A stretch of 62,841 nt of DNA, the filler included, from Octopus bimaculoides (Eukaryota): assembly GCF_001194135.2 (NCBI RefSeq). It is 6 parts of 6 records of this genome, joined end to end, with 100 filler letters (N's around TTAATTAATTAA, not from the genome) between each part and the next. Parts side by side here need not be neighbours in the genome. Positions count along the whole stretch, not along the records: positions 24,759 to 48,241 come from NC_068982.1; positions 48,342 to 54,953 come from NC_069001.1; 4 more parts are not named here. One strand, written 5' to 3'. The notes beneath the pieces are model-generated. The model worked only from the letters and a program-made list of their open reading frames with translations, was not told the origin of the DNA and searched no databases. Each line of letters starts with the position of its first letter. Within the stretch, counting starts at the first letter, position 1. A program made the position numbers and the translations under genes. Shown here in pieces: positions 35,961 through 49,122 of this stretch.

Positions 35961-38900
35961 AACATTATGAACAAATGATTTGAAGTTTTATTAAAAAAAG
36001 TTGAGAGGAAAGAAAAGATGTTCATATCCTTCAAATATAATGATGAGCTTATTGTATACAGTGCTCAGTTTCACTATAACTCAACAAAAAATGGTAAAAG
36101 GGGGGACAAAAAGCAACTACTAAAAAAAAGATGTACAGTACACACAATAAAGCATTTAAAATGTACAAATGTGTTCCCTTTTGCAATGTTATACAAAACA
36201 TTGGAATTTGTGTGCATGCATGTGTCCATGCATGTGCACGCACACATGTGTGTGTGTGAGAGAGACAGATTTTGTAAATGAACTCTTCATAAAGTACTTA
36301 GCTTCAGTTTTCTCAAGAAAAAGTTTTCTTTCAGTTGTCAGGTGCTAGAGATAGCTTCTGTCATTTCACCACTTATTTTTGAAGTGTTTAAGAAATTGAC
36401 AATGAAAGGCAAAAGAAATTACTCAGAAAGGATGGAAATTAAAAGAAAAAATCTTAGTATAACAACAAGATGCTTTTGTGATTAACATCATCACTTCAGG
36501 ATGAAACAGCTGAATAAGATGAAATTCTCACTTCAGCTTTGTTTCTGTGCCAAGGCCAGAGAGGACAAAAGTCAGAGCTGTAGCTTATCTATTTTACTAG
36601 GGTATACTAAGGAGTCTCACTTTAAAATCAGAAGAGAACAAATTCCAACCATTGAAGAGCAATTCATTAGAAGTCTTAGTTATGCCTGTCCTTTTCTCTG
36701 AAATGATGTCAAGAGGAGGATTGGAATTGAGACTAAGTTGAATGAGAGACTAAAGAGACTAACCACCTTGATAACTGCAATTGGAATGGCAAATCAGAAA
36801 TATGGTATATATTAAGCATCACCTGTTTCTAGGCACTTTAAGTGCTGGAGACCATTAATATGAATGGAAACAGCATTAAAATGTATTTTTAAATTCATAT
36901 GAAAGTATATAGTTTCCTGCTATGTTTCATGAGAGATGAACTTTAAAATGTAACTGCAATGTTCCAGTTGATATTCACTTTGTTTGTAGAAGACTTTTCA
37001 GTATTAAAATCTCATTACTATGTGATGATACAGGGTTCAGTGGATTCTGTTGCTCATCTAAAACAGCCAAAAGTTATCACAAAAGTGAGTGACCCTGCTG
37101 AAGTGAAAAGAAATGAGAGAACTGAAGCTATCCAAATTAAATGGTAAAATTGGATGAAGTGCAGAACAATTAGCATCCAATCAGAATAACAAAGAGAAGC
37201 AGGATGTAATAATACAACATAGTCAATTATACTTCCATTGATTAAATTACATTCTGTAGTTACCTTCAAGGAAGGTGGTAAAATTTGATGTAGGAAGACA
37301 CAGAAAAGAAAGCTTAGATCAAGGCTTCTCGATGGTGCAAGTGACTGGAGACTTTGAGTAAAACTGATGAAGGTGTTTGTGTTTCAAAGTTAAATTTCAA
37401 AAACAATAAAACATTGCCTGGATCTTACATTAAAGTTCAGTTTGACAAAAATAATCCTGGTTGTCAAATTCATTCTGTCACGGTGTCAAAGAAGTCAGTA
37501 TGAGAAGTGATAATGCAAGGAACCATCTTACATATGCAAAATTAGAGATTTGTGCGAGGTATGATGGTAGTAAAGTATTTCTTACAGGAGTTGATGCCAT
37601 TGATTTGAAACTAAATCTGAAAAATCTTATTTGCTCGACTTTAGAATTAAGAAAGACATCGTAGCAGTGGTTTTTGAAGACAAGAGAAAGGAATGTCTCA
37701 TTTAGTTATGACAAATGCAAGTGAAAAAGCTAATAAACTGAAACCAAAAAACAACTCATCCTCAACTGGTAGTCTGAAGAAACAGTAGTCTAATGTACAG
37801 TTGAGGTAGTTTCAGATTGTACAGAGTGGTATGGGGTACAGTATAGTTTACCACTTTAAGTAACTATAGTACAATGTAAATACTGCATCAATTGCACAGT
37901 GTTACTATTACTTTGTCGTGCTGTGTAACTGACAAACATTTCATTGGTTTCCAGTGTTGATTTCAACTCTTCTACCAGGGCAAGCTACAAGAGATATGTC
38001 CTGTTGAGAGGGCGATTCATTTCTCATCCACTTGATGTAAATAAAATACAAAGCATAGCTACTGATCCCATGGATCGTTGGGATTCATAGAAAATTAGCT
38101 AAGAAAAGCTGTAGTTACATTTCTTTTCATAATGAAAACAAAATGGACATCAAAAGTGAAAGAATGATCATGTTTTCAGGAAACCAATGATATGCCAGCA
38201 TAAAGGTTTAATTAAAAATGGAGGAACAGCTAGTTTTTTTTTTTCTCTCCTTTTAAGCCTATTTATTATGCAGCTACCATATAAAAGAAGATTATCATTT
38301 GGAAAAGAAAATTATCTGAAAAAGAAAATTATTATCTGAATATTTGGCTTGTTTTTATTGCTATAATCTTAACACAAACATTATTTTCATCCAGCAATTT
38401 AGTTTAAATTCACTTTCTTACTCTTTCTCTGTATCTCTTTCTATTCTTCCTTTCTAATTTCCCTCTATGGCTCCCTCTCCCACTTGTGTGTTTTATTCTA
38501 TTGCTATAGTTACTTCAGTTTACAGGCCTCCCACTCAACCTCCCAACATCTTTTTTTATGTCTCTTTATCTCTGTACTAGCTATTTCTTTCTCAATTTCT
38601 CTGTGTGTGTGCATGTATGTGAGTGTGTGTGTGTATGCATGTGTGTGTGTGAGTATGTGTGTGTGTGAGTATGAGTGTGCATGTATTTAGACATACACAC
38701 GCATACATAGTTATATATACATTATATAGTTGAGTGGTACATCCTTCATTAGTACATTAGTACATTAGTGCATCCTTCATTAGGGCAAATGACTAGTTAG
38801 AAAGTTACCAGTGGTTTTACATCTGCCATTGCACTCAGCAGTTAGGCAATTCAGCAGACTTATTGACCAAAAGCACATAGCTTCTTTACTAATGGAGGTA

Positions 38901-39161
38901 GTTATATAGTTTTGTACAGTTAGTGAAAAACATTGAAACTAAACAAAAAAAAAAAAGAAGGAAAAACAACTTTCCTGAGAGGAAAAGAAGAGTTATCTCC
39001 TCTTGAACAATTTCTGCTGTGACTGAAATGGGCCATTCTGCATATGTTATTTTTCTGTTCTCTAGTTTGCAAAGGGGAAGATCATGTTCCCATAAGGAAT
39101 TTTCTGCCATGAGGCTATTGGCTAAATATGTGTGTGTGTGTGTATAAAATATATATATATA

Positions 39162-39483
39162 GGTGAAGGAGTGGCTGTGAGTTAAGAAGCTTACTTCCCA
39201 ACCACATCGCTCCGGGTTCAATCCCACTGCATTGCACCTTAGGCAAGTATCTCCTACTATAGCCTTGGACCGACCAAAGTCTTGTGAGTTGGCACATAAA
39301 AGCACCCACTACACTCTCGGAGTTGTTGGCGTTAGGAAGGGCATCCAGCTGTAGAAACTGCCAAATCAGATTGGAGCCTGGTGTAGCCATCTGGTTCACC
39401 AGTCCTCAGTCAAATCGTCCAACCCATGCTAGCATGGAAAGTAGACATTAAACAATGATGATGATGATGATGATGATGATGAT
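39162..39483 (+). mobile_element. Chimeric SINE: family A head plus family D tail with (GAT)n
   Basis: gagtggctgtgagttaag...caccttaggcaagt...cttgtgagt joined to ggcacataaaagcacccactacactctcggagttgttggcgttaggaagggcatccagc. Confidence 0.8.
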
Positions 39484-39839
39484 AATATATATANNNNNNN
39501 NNNNNNNNNNNNNNNNNNNNNNNNNNNNNNNNNNNNNNNNNNNNNNNNNNNNNNNNNNNNNNNNNNNNNNNNNNNNNNNNNNNNNNNNNNNNNNNNNNNN
39601 NNNNNNNNNNNNNNNNNNNNNNNNNNNNNNNNNNNNNNNNNNNNNNNNNNNNNNNNNNNNNNNNNNNNNNNNNNNNNNNNNNNNNNNNNNNNNNNNNNNN
39701 NNNNNNNNNNNNNNNNNNNNNNNNNNNNNNNNNNNNNNNNNNNNNNNNNNNNNNNNNNNNNNNNNNATATTTCTATTATATTGATGATGATGATATATGT
39801 ATTTGTGTATCTGTGTTTGTTCCTCCAACACTGCACCTG

Positions 39840-39872
<33 letters not shown>

Positions 39873-40169
39873 ATGTATATATCATGTTTACAAAAATTTA
39901 TGTCATCACAACATTATCAAGGTAATCCAAATTGGTGAAATTCTAATTGAAGATCTGAAAAAACTTTCACTGTTAAAAAATGCTAACAAAAAGAAGCACC
40001 AAACCAAATTGAACTTTGGACATTCATTCATTCAACCAAGAGCAATGTCATTGAACAACTAATTTAGTTTATAAAAATAAAATATACAAATAAGAAATTA
40101 ATTCCATATTTTTTTGACAATTTGAAATCTACATAAAAAAAAAACTAACATAGCAAACGAGTATACTTA

Positions 40170-40920
40170 TCTTTAAAAAATTGATGATGTCACTGGATAT
40201 CTAAAGAACAAAAACTACAGGCAAGAATTCTACATTATTCTTAATAGATAAGTAAAGAATAAAAACTACCGATAATAATTCTACGTAATACTTAATAGAA
40301 ACTTAGTTACTTTATGTCACAATAATTAATTACTTATTTAATTAATATAATAAACCCTTCTATAGGAATTTACTTTATTTCATAATAATTGAAGAATTAT
40401 TATATTCAACAACGTTTCCAACTCCTGAGACTCTTACTGGGTAATTAAGAAATAAAAATTACAGAAAAGACAACCAAATATCTACTTATTCATTATAGTA
40501 AATGCTTACATAAGAATTAACCTTATTATATAATAATTGAAAAATTATCATAATTAATAATAATATATGCAATTATTGATGACAATGCTAGATAACTAAA
40601 GAATAAAGAATATAAATAGCAGATAAGATAATTAAATACCTATTTATTTTTATATTATACCCTTTTATAGGGATTAAGATTATTATGTAAAATAATTGAA
40701 AAATTACTATAATTAATATGTATACAATTCTTGATGATTCTGGTGGATAATCAAAAGAATAAAAATTATAGATAAGAATTCTATGTTTATACTTAATCGA
40801 AGCTTAGATACTTTACATCACTATAATTAATTACTTGCTCATTATATTAAGCACTTTAATAGAAATTAACTTTATTATACAATAATTAATTAAAAGATTA
40901 TTATAATTAATAATTGAAAT
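40170..40920. repeat. Degenerate AT-rich tandem array (units about 150-190 bp) downstream of the Penelope-like ORF
   Basis: Recurrent blocks gaataaaaa(c/t)ta.agataagaattcta, ataattgaaaaatta.(t)ataattaat and ttgatga...ggata...aaagaa. Confidence 0.65.
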
Positions 40921-40924
40921 ATTT

Positions 40925-41880
40925 GAATGTCTTCTTTAATTTATGGCAACATCTAAGAGTTAACTGCCCGTTAAAATTCAATAAAATTAATTTAAAAGTA
41001 ATTATGAAATATAATTCTTCGAGGCAAAGATCACAAGTGGAATTACCAATATTATACGATAGTACATAACTAATAATAGACCACTTTAAATCCTATTTAA
41101 TATTCTTATCCTTTAAATACCAAATGCATTTACTAAGATTAGTAGAATTACATTTCCTTCTATATTTAAAGGGATTAGATTGATTATAAAATCTAGATTT
41201 CTAACTAGTAATAGAAGAACCAGTATATCAATACTGATGGTGTCTAGTTACAACTTCACACTCATTTACTATATTCTTCTTTAAACACTGATTTCCTAAA
41301 GGGCATTAAGTTTTGTTTACACAATTGCACATGGATTTATTCACTTGTAAATTGCCCTCAAGAATTTCTACTAGCATCTGTCTGTAAAATAAGTGTTAAG
41401 ATTGAATTATAGTTATTATTATTACTAGAATCAATATTAATACAAGGTAAAAGACTAACAATATTATCGGCATTTTGATCAATTATTGAATCTAAACCTT
41501 GTTCTGAATGATTATCAATAACGTTAATTTCACTATACATATTATCAGTTCCATAATTATTTAAAGATTTAGAATTTAGACGTTCTCTAATTCTCTGTTT
41601 ATCTTGTGCTGCAATAATCTCAGCCAAATTTCTAGTGCTTGAATAAGAATACTTAGCATTATATCTATTAATTTCCCATATTTACTTGAAAATGGGAAAT
41701 ACCTATCTAGTGCTGCAAAGAATTTATGAGGGATATTAGAAGCTATTGAATATGAAAATGAAGCATTATACCATATAAGATTTGTTGATCTATTATTCTT
41801 CTTATTTCTGTAAACTTTTTTGTCTGTATTACTTTTATTACAATTGAGTTGTTTCCTATTATAATTTTTATTCATAAATT
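40925..41880 (-). mobile_element. Penelope-like retroelement (Neptune-like) remnant: RT-EN linker and GIY-YIG endonuclease
   Basis: NLIWYNASFSYSIASNIPHKFFAALDRYFP...KYSYSSTRNLAEIIAAQ...CNCVNKT*CPLGNQCLKKNIV...YTG...KSRFYNQ...STNLSKCIWYLKDKNI..LKWSI...CDLCLEELYFI...RCCHK, with stops and frameshifts. Confidence 0.9.
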
Positions 41881-41885
41881 TGTGG

Positions 41886-41887
<2 letters not shown>

Positions 41888-41925
<38 letters not shown>

Positions 41926-41930
41926 GTTGC

Positions 41931-41961
<31 letters not shown>

Positions 41962-42040
41962 ATTAATGTTATTATTATTGTTGTTGTTGTTGTTATTAAT
42001 GTTATTATTATTATTGTTATTGTTATTATTATTATTATTC
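41888..42040. repeat. (TTA)n/(TTG)n trinucleotide array
   Basis: Directly visible. Confidence 0.95.
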
Positions 42041-42278
42041 AGTAGTTTTATTTTTATAACGTGCTTTCACTTCACTACTGAGCGCAGCTCTGTGTGTATT
42101 GGCATATCCCAGAGTATGGTTACTATCTCGTTTTCTGTGACCTTTTCTGGCGTGTGTTTATACCATCTTTTTTCTGTTGTTATTCCATAGTGTTGGCATA
42201 GCTCCCAATTTATATAGGTCCCAGCTCTGTCGTGTCTGTGAATTGTTATTATTAGGATTGAGCCTGATACTTTAGTGA
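42041..42278 (-). mobile_element. Dong/R4-like LINE, 5'-truncated and internally deleted, with (TAA)n tail
   Basis: HRHDRAGTYINWELCQHYGITTEKRWYKHTPEKVTENEIVTILWDMPIHT joined directly to the 3' UTR cacacagagctgcgctcagtagtgaagtgaaagcac. Confidence 0.85.
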
Positions 42279-42279
42279 G

Positions 42280-42689
42280 AGAGCAGTGCATGCCATCAAA
42301 GTGACACTGAGATAAAATATACGAAGTTCAGTACACATATCATGACCACCCGTCTGATAAGGGTACACCGGGCACATTCTTCATAACCACATGTGCGCGA
42401 CATGGTGATCTCATATCAAGATAAATAGCGCATGACCTTGCAGTTGGGGCCCAGTTAGAATTTTCTTCAAGTCGAGTGGCCCATCCTGCCCAAAAGGTCC
42501 TTGAAAAGGGTTGTTTAAGGATGATGAACGAAATACCCGTGTTTCCAAAGGTGAATTATTCAAACCCCAAAGAATTCCTCTCAAGATATAGCTCTGATAC
42601 TCCCCCACTACTTCTGCTTGTGATCAGAGATGCACATATTGTCAGCTACTAAGGGACATGCTCAACTGGATAAGGTCAAACAACTGACA
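42280..42689 (-). mobile_element. SINE-like interspersed repeat (family unassigned)
   Basis: Non-coding, higher-GC block between the two LINE fragments; no second copy in the window. Confidence 0.45.
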
Positions 42690-42899
42690 NNNNNNNNNNN
42701 NNNNNNNNNNNNNNNNNNNNNNNNNNNNNNNNNNNNNNNNNNNNNNNNNNNNNNNNNNNNNNNNNNNNNNNNNNNNNNNNNNNNNNNNNNNNNNNNNNNN
42801 NNNNNNNNNNNNNNNNNNNNNNNNNNNNNNNNNNNNNNNNNNNNNNNNNNNNNNNNNNNNNNNNNNNNNNNNNNNNNNNNNNNNNNNNNNNNNNNNNNN

Positions 42900-42972
<73 letters not shown>

Positions 42973-43014
42973 TAATAACAACAACAACAATAATAATAAT
43001 AATAATAATAATAA

Positions 43015-43722
43015 TAGGCCTTATACAGCTGGAAAACTATTATAAAATAACCACCATAGGACTGCAAAAGTACCTACTTCAGAAGCAAGGAAAACTAATA
43101 CAAATAGCCACAAAACACGAGCAAAACAAAAAAAACAGTTTTTAGTATTTAAGGAAGCTCACAAATACAAACAAGAAGTCATACTACTGAACAAATATGA
43201 AGAAGAAGAAACAACAAAAGCTATAAAACAAATGAAATCCAAACTAAAACTAGAACAGCATCGGACCATGATAAAACGATAGCAAGAAAAGCCCCTTCAT
43301 GGAAAATATTGGGCTAAACTAAATGCAAAAGAAATAGACAGAGAAAAATTCCAGCAATGGTTGAGAAGCTCAGGACTCAAAGCAGAGACTGAAGGATTTT
43401 TAATTGCAGCACAAGACCAAAGTCTCCCCATCAAATATATAACAAAAACACCAGGACTTACAAATATATATAACATACAGAAAATTGCACTACTGGGCAC
43501 TGCACACATCTTACGCAAAACACTTTCAATACAGTAACCATGAGAGCATCACNNNNNNNNNNTGGGCACTGCACACATCTTACGCAAAACACTTTCAATA
43601 CAGTAACCATGAGAGCATCACAGCAAACCACAGCACATACCCAAGGCACACAGAGCTGCACTTGGTAGTGAAGTGAAAGCATGCTATAAAAATAAAAATA
43701 CTGAATAATAATAATAATAATA
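43015..43722 (+). mobile_element. Dong/R4-like LINE, truncated and internally deleted, flanked by (TAA)n on both sides
   Basis: GLIQLENYYKITTIGLQKYL...KPLHGKYWAKL...QWLRSSGLKAETEGFLIAAQDQSLP, then IQKIALLGTAHILRKTLSIQ* and the same 3' UTR as 42041-42090. Confidence 0.88.
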
Positions 43723-44725
43723 AGGATTTCAAATTTTGCCACAAGGGCAGCTTGGGGGATAAGATTAAATTGATTACATTGAGCCTAGTGCATAACTGGT
43801 ACTTATTTAATTGACCCTGAAAGGATGAAAGGCAAAGTTGACCTCTGCAGAATCTGAACTCAGAACATAGTGACAGACAAAATACCGCTAAGCATTTTGC
43901 CCGGTGTGCTAACGATTGTGCCAGCTCACCGCCTTATATAGTAAATAATAATAATAATAATAATAATGATAATAATAATAATAATAATAATAATAATATA
44001 AACAGTAAAAATGAAAATAAAGATTGCATATATCTTTTTAGAGTATTGAACTCAAGACCATAAGGTCATGGGTTCAATTTCTGGATCAAGTAATACATTG
44101 TGTCCTTGAGAAAGGCACTTATTTTATATCACTGCAGTCTTCTCAACTGAAAATGAATAGCAGTTAACAGCTAGTGCAACCATCTCTCTATCCAGCTGTC
44201 ACATCAAGTCTCTACTGTTTTAAATCTAAAATTAAATTTAGAACTAAATACATTCTCTGATATGGAAAGAATTAACTCATCATCTCTAGGAGGTGTTAAA
44301 GTTTTTCTCATGCACTCATCAAATCAATACAAGTGGATAATTAATTTTTGATTTCTAATTTTTGATATACAGAATCTGAATAGAGAACATATAGAGTTCT
44401 GTTTGTAGCAAAGATGAATAAAATAGATAAATCAAACTAGTAATCTTTTGAATATCAGACTTACATGATTTTATAAGGTTTTAATCACCAAATATTCCAG
44501 AGCAATAATTATTGAGTGTTCTGGGAGTCTTTTACATATCACTAGTAAGGGCACCCATGCCAGTGACTCGTGAAAGCACCCAATATACTCTGTAAAGTGG
44601 CTGGTATTAGGAAGGGCATCCAGATGCAGAAACCAAGCCAAAACAGACTGGAACCTGGTGTAGCTCTCTGGTTTACCAGCTCTGGTCAAACCATCCAACC
44701 CATGCCAGCATGGAAAGCGAATGTT

Positions 44726-45174
<449 letters not shown>

Positions 45175-47951
45175 GATAATGATGATGTATTCATCTGCTT
45201 TATTCATCTACAACAGGTGTCTATAATCCTGGATCTCTCTCACCTCCAGCCTCACACACATAGTAAGTTATCAGACTAGTCTTTCAGTAGCCAGCTGTCA
45301 ATGTCATTGAGTATTTTCTCTCTGACTCCCCTAGCTTCTTCTTCCTTTCAGTTTTTTTTTTTTAATGATTTACTTTGTCTTCTCATATCATGTCCAATGA
45401 ATTTAGCTTGTTGCCTCCACCTGTTGTTAAGGAAGTTCTCTAGTGGTTTCTCTTCAGCCAAGGAATTTAATCTTTGTTGCTCTCTCTTTTATCTTTTATT
45501 TGTTTCTGTCATTGGACTGTGGCCATGCTGAAGCACTGGCTTGAAGAGTTTGGATTGAACAAATGGAACCTAATGATTATATTTTCTTTTAAGTTTGGTA
45601 CTTATTGTATCGATTCCTTTTGGTAAACCACTAAGTTGCAGTGCTTTAAATAAACCAACACCAGTGGTCAAATAGTGGCCTGAAAGAGGCAGACACAGAT
45701 GCAAAAACATGCCCCCCCCCACTCACACATACACAGACAAACACACACACACACGTATGTGCATACAAACATGATGAATTTCCGCACAGTTTCTGTCTAC
45801 TAAATTTATTCACCAGGAATTTGTTGATCTAGGGCTATATTAAAAAAAAACTCAATAAGACTGAAACTTAAACCATGTGATTGCAAAGCAAACTGGATTG
45901 GTAAGCTATTACTCATGTCTTCTGATGTTCCTGGTGATAAACCATATGAAACAACAGGTTTTATGTATACCCTTAGGACCCTAGGACTCTTCTTCTAATT
46001 CTTTTTTTCTGATAATTATATTTAATGTTACCAAAAGCAGTCTTAAACTGCTCAGCCCTTCATTTAATTTCTTTGACCTTTCCCCATCTGATGTAATGAG
46101 ATTCCCAAATATTTAAGTTTGTCAACTTGTTTCTAGATTGATCTGTTAATTTTCATGTGATGCTTTTTCAGACATTTTCATTTTTTCTATTTTTTTTTCC
46201 CTATTAAAACCACACATCTTTCCACTAATTTCTGTTGGTTTTAATTTAGGGACAAGGCCAGTAGTTTTAAGGGGAAGGGGTTAGCCAATATCATGACCCT
46301 AATACTTGATTGGTATTTCATTTTATTAACTCTGGAAGGTTGAAAGACAAAATGAACCCTGGCAGGATTTGAACTCAGAACATAAAGATCCAAAATAAAT
46401 ACCAAAATATAGTCCTACCAGCTCATTACCTTTATTTCAGTCATTCGTATAACAGATTAATACGAATTACCATTATGAGTCAAATTTGTTTAACGGTGCA
46501 GTTACAGGAGAAAGTTCATCACCTGTGACCTTTTCTAGGAATTCCAAGAACAATGACTAGAAAGAAATTTAAAACTAATTAAAACTAATTGGTAAATGAG
46601 AAATTGATAATACTTTTCTTCAAAATTACATGTAGAATAGATTTTTCTTTTTTAGACTTAAATATTTTTCTCTCTAAAATCCCATTATTTTTTCCCTTGT
46701 GGCTGGTTTCTTTATTCAACTGTAATGAATACACAAACATCTAGTGGAAGCCAATATTCAGTAGAAAATCTTCAAGTACCTATTTTCCCAATTGTGTTCA
46801 GTTTAGAACCACTTTCTAGTATTCAGCCAGCTAAACATATTCTTTTAACTAATTTTTTTTGGTGGAGAGGAGGGGCTTTGTTCTTCCAACTCCACTCTCT
46901 TACTCTACTCTCTCTCACTCTTTCTCACTCATTCTCACTCACTCTCTCTCTCTTCCTCCCTCTCCCCCTCTTTTGTTCTGTCTTTCTTCTGTTGTTTCTT
47001 CAATAGAACACAAATGCCAGAGAACATTGAAGTAATTTTATCTCCATGGCAATAGGTAAGAAGAAAAATAAACATGATATAAAAAAAATCAAAACAAGAA
47101 AAATAAATTAATTGCATTGAATCTAATAAATATAACCCATAGGATTTGTTAACATCAGGTCAATCAATTCTCTGCTTCCATTTCCATCACACGTTTCTTT
47201 TGGCAAATAAAACTGTATAACAATAATAATTTGTTGGCCACAAATCTAAGTAAATACACTACAACATATAGACGTTTTTTTGCACCGAGATGTAATATGT
47301 TATGTGCTAAAAAGCTGTGTTTATTTTATGCAATTGCATGTATATGTATATGTATGTAAATGTAGTATATTAAAGACAGTATTGATGTACTTGTATTAAA
47401 ATATGGCATGTTTAAAAGAGAATTTACAGTGTTCTTGTAAAGCAGAGAAGGTGTTGGCAAGTTATTGGTTTGTGAGATTGCAAAACAAGAACACACATTT
47501 ACAAACACATGTTAGTACACATGAAATTATATATATATATATATGAATGTGCATGTATATATATATATATATACATAAGTGTGTGTGTATATGTACACAC
47601 ACATTTATATATACATACTTACACACACACACGCAATAATATTAAACACTAAGAATGAGAGTTCAACATTAAATTTGGTAGAATAATCTCTTTATTTGTG
47701 GATTAAAAGTGCTACCAATGGTTTCATGTGCAAAGAATTTCCACAATTCTCAAGCAATGCACATCAAAATGCTCATCCCAATTTTATCCAAAATGAAGGC
47801 AATTACCATTATTTTCAAGTAAATCATTTGAAAATTATGGCAATTCTACATGAAATCAAAGGTAGCATTTTAATCTGCAAATAATATCTATTTATTGGTC
47901 TGTCAGTCAGTCAGTTTGTCTGCCCTGTCTGCCTGTCTGTCCATCCATCTG

Positions 47952-48018
<67 letters not shown>

Positions 48019-48419
48019 GTCTGTCTATCTATAATTATTACCTATGAGGTTTTTATTCCCATGCTAGCCATTTAATATGATTGGTATTTTAAATAACGAT
48101 CTTATCCTTTTTTATATAAATTTAATGTCTATGCATATAGGTATTTTAGTTCTTGCTCATGTGCAACCTATGCCAGCATGGACAACTGACGTTAAATGAT
48201 GATGATGATGATGACAAAATATCAGAAACTATATGTTAAAANNNNNNNNNNNNNNNNNNNNNNNNNNNNNNNNNNNNNNNNNNNNTTAATTAATTAANNN
48301 NNNNNNNNNNNNNNNNNNNNNNNNNNNNNNNNNNNNNNNNNTTGTTATTCTAATTTTATTATTTTTTTTATTGTTGTTAACCATTGCTGTACTTCTCAAT
48401 GATAGCACAGCTAATGTGT

Positions 48420-48430
48420 TTGCGGTACCT

Positions 48431-48465
<35 letters not shown>

Positions 48466-48528
48466 GGTGGTGGTGGTGGTGGTGATGGCTGTAGTAGTAG
48501 TCATAGTAGCAGCAGCAGCAGCATCAGC

Positions 48529-48563
<35 letters not shown>

Positions 48564-48745
48564 GAGCAGTGGTAGTGATTGTTGTTGAGGCGGTTGCGTN
48601 NNNNNNNNNGCTGTTTTGGTGGTGGTGGCTGTGGTGGTTGCGGTGGTGGTAGTGGCGGCGGCGTCAGTGGTGGTGGTGGTGATGGTGGTGGCGGCGGTGA
48701 CGGTGATGGTGTGGCGGCTGTGGCGGTGGTGGCGCTAACAACAAT
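48420..48745. repeat. (GTA)n/(GTG)n/(GGC)n trinucleotide array
   Basis: Directly visible. Confidence 0.95.
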
Positions 48746-49042
48746 GGCTGTACAGAGAAGTGTTACTATTTCCCGTCTATTACAATCTCTGTGATTACAG
48801 AGCAGTAAATGACAGGCTCGCTGTGAACACCTCGCTGACGATCATTCATTTGTTCAGAGATAACAAATACCTACACGCAGACACACACACACATACATAC
48901 ACACACGCAAGAACACACACACATATTCACAAAGAAACGCGGACACACACACACGCACACACACATATCCACATACACATATGCACACACGTTCACAAAG
49001 AGACACGGACACACGCACACACATACATTCACAAAGGAACAT

Positions 49043-49122
<80 letters not shown>

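Noticed and set aside
45750-45770. LYAHT on the minus strand, resembling SLC35E1 SYAHT
   Set aside because: It lies within a (CA)n tract with no upstream KVPV and no donor site.
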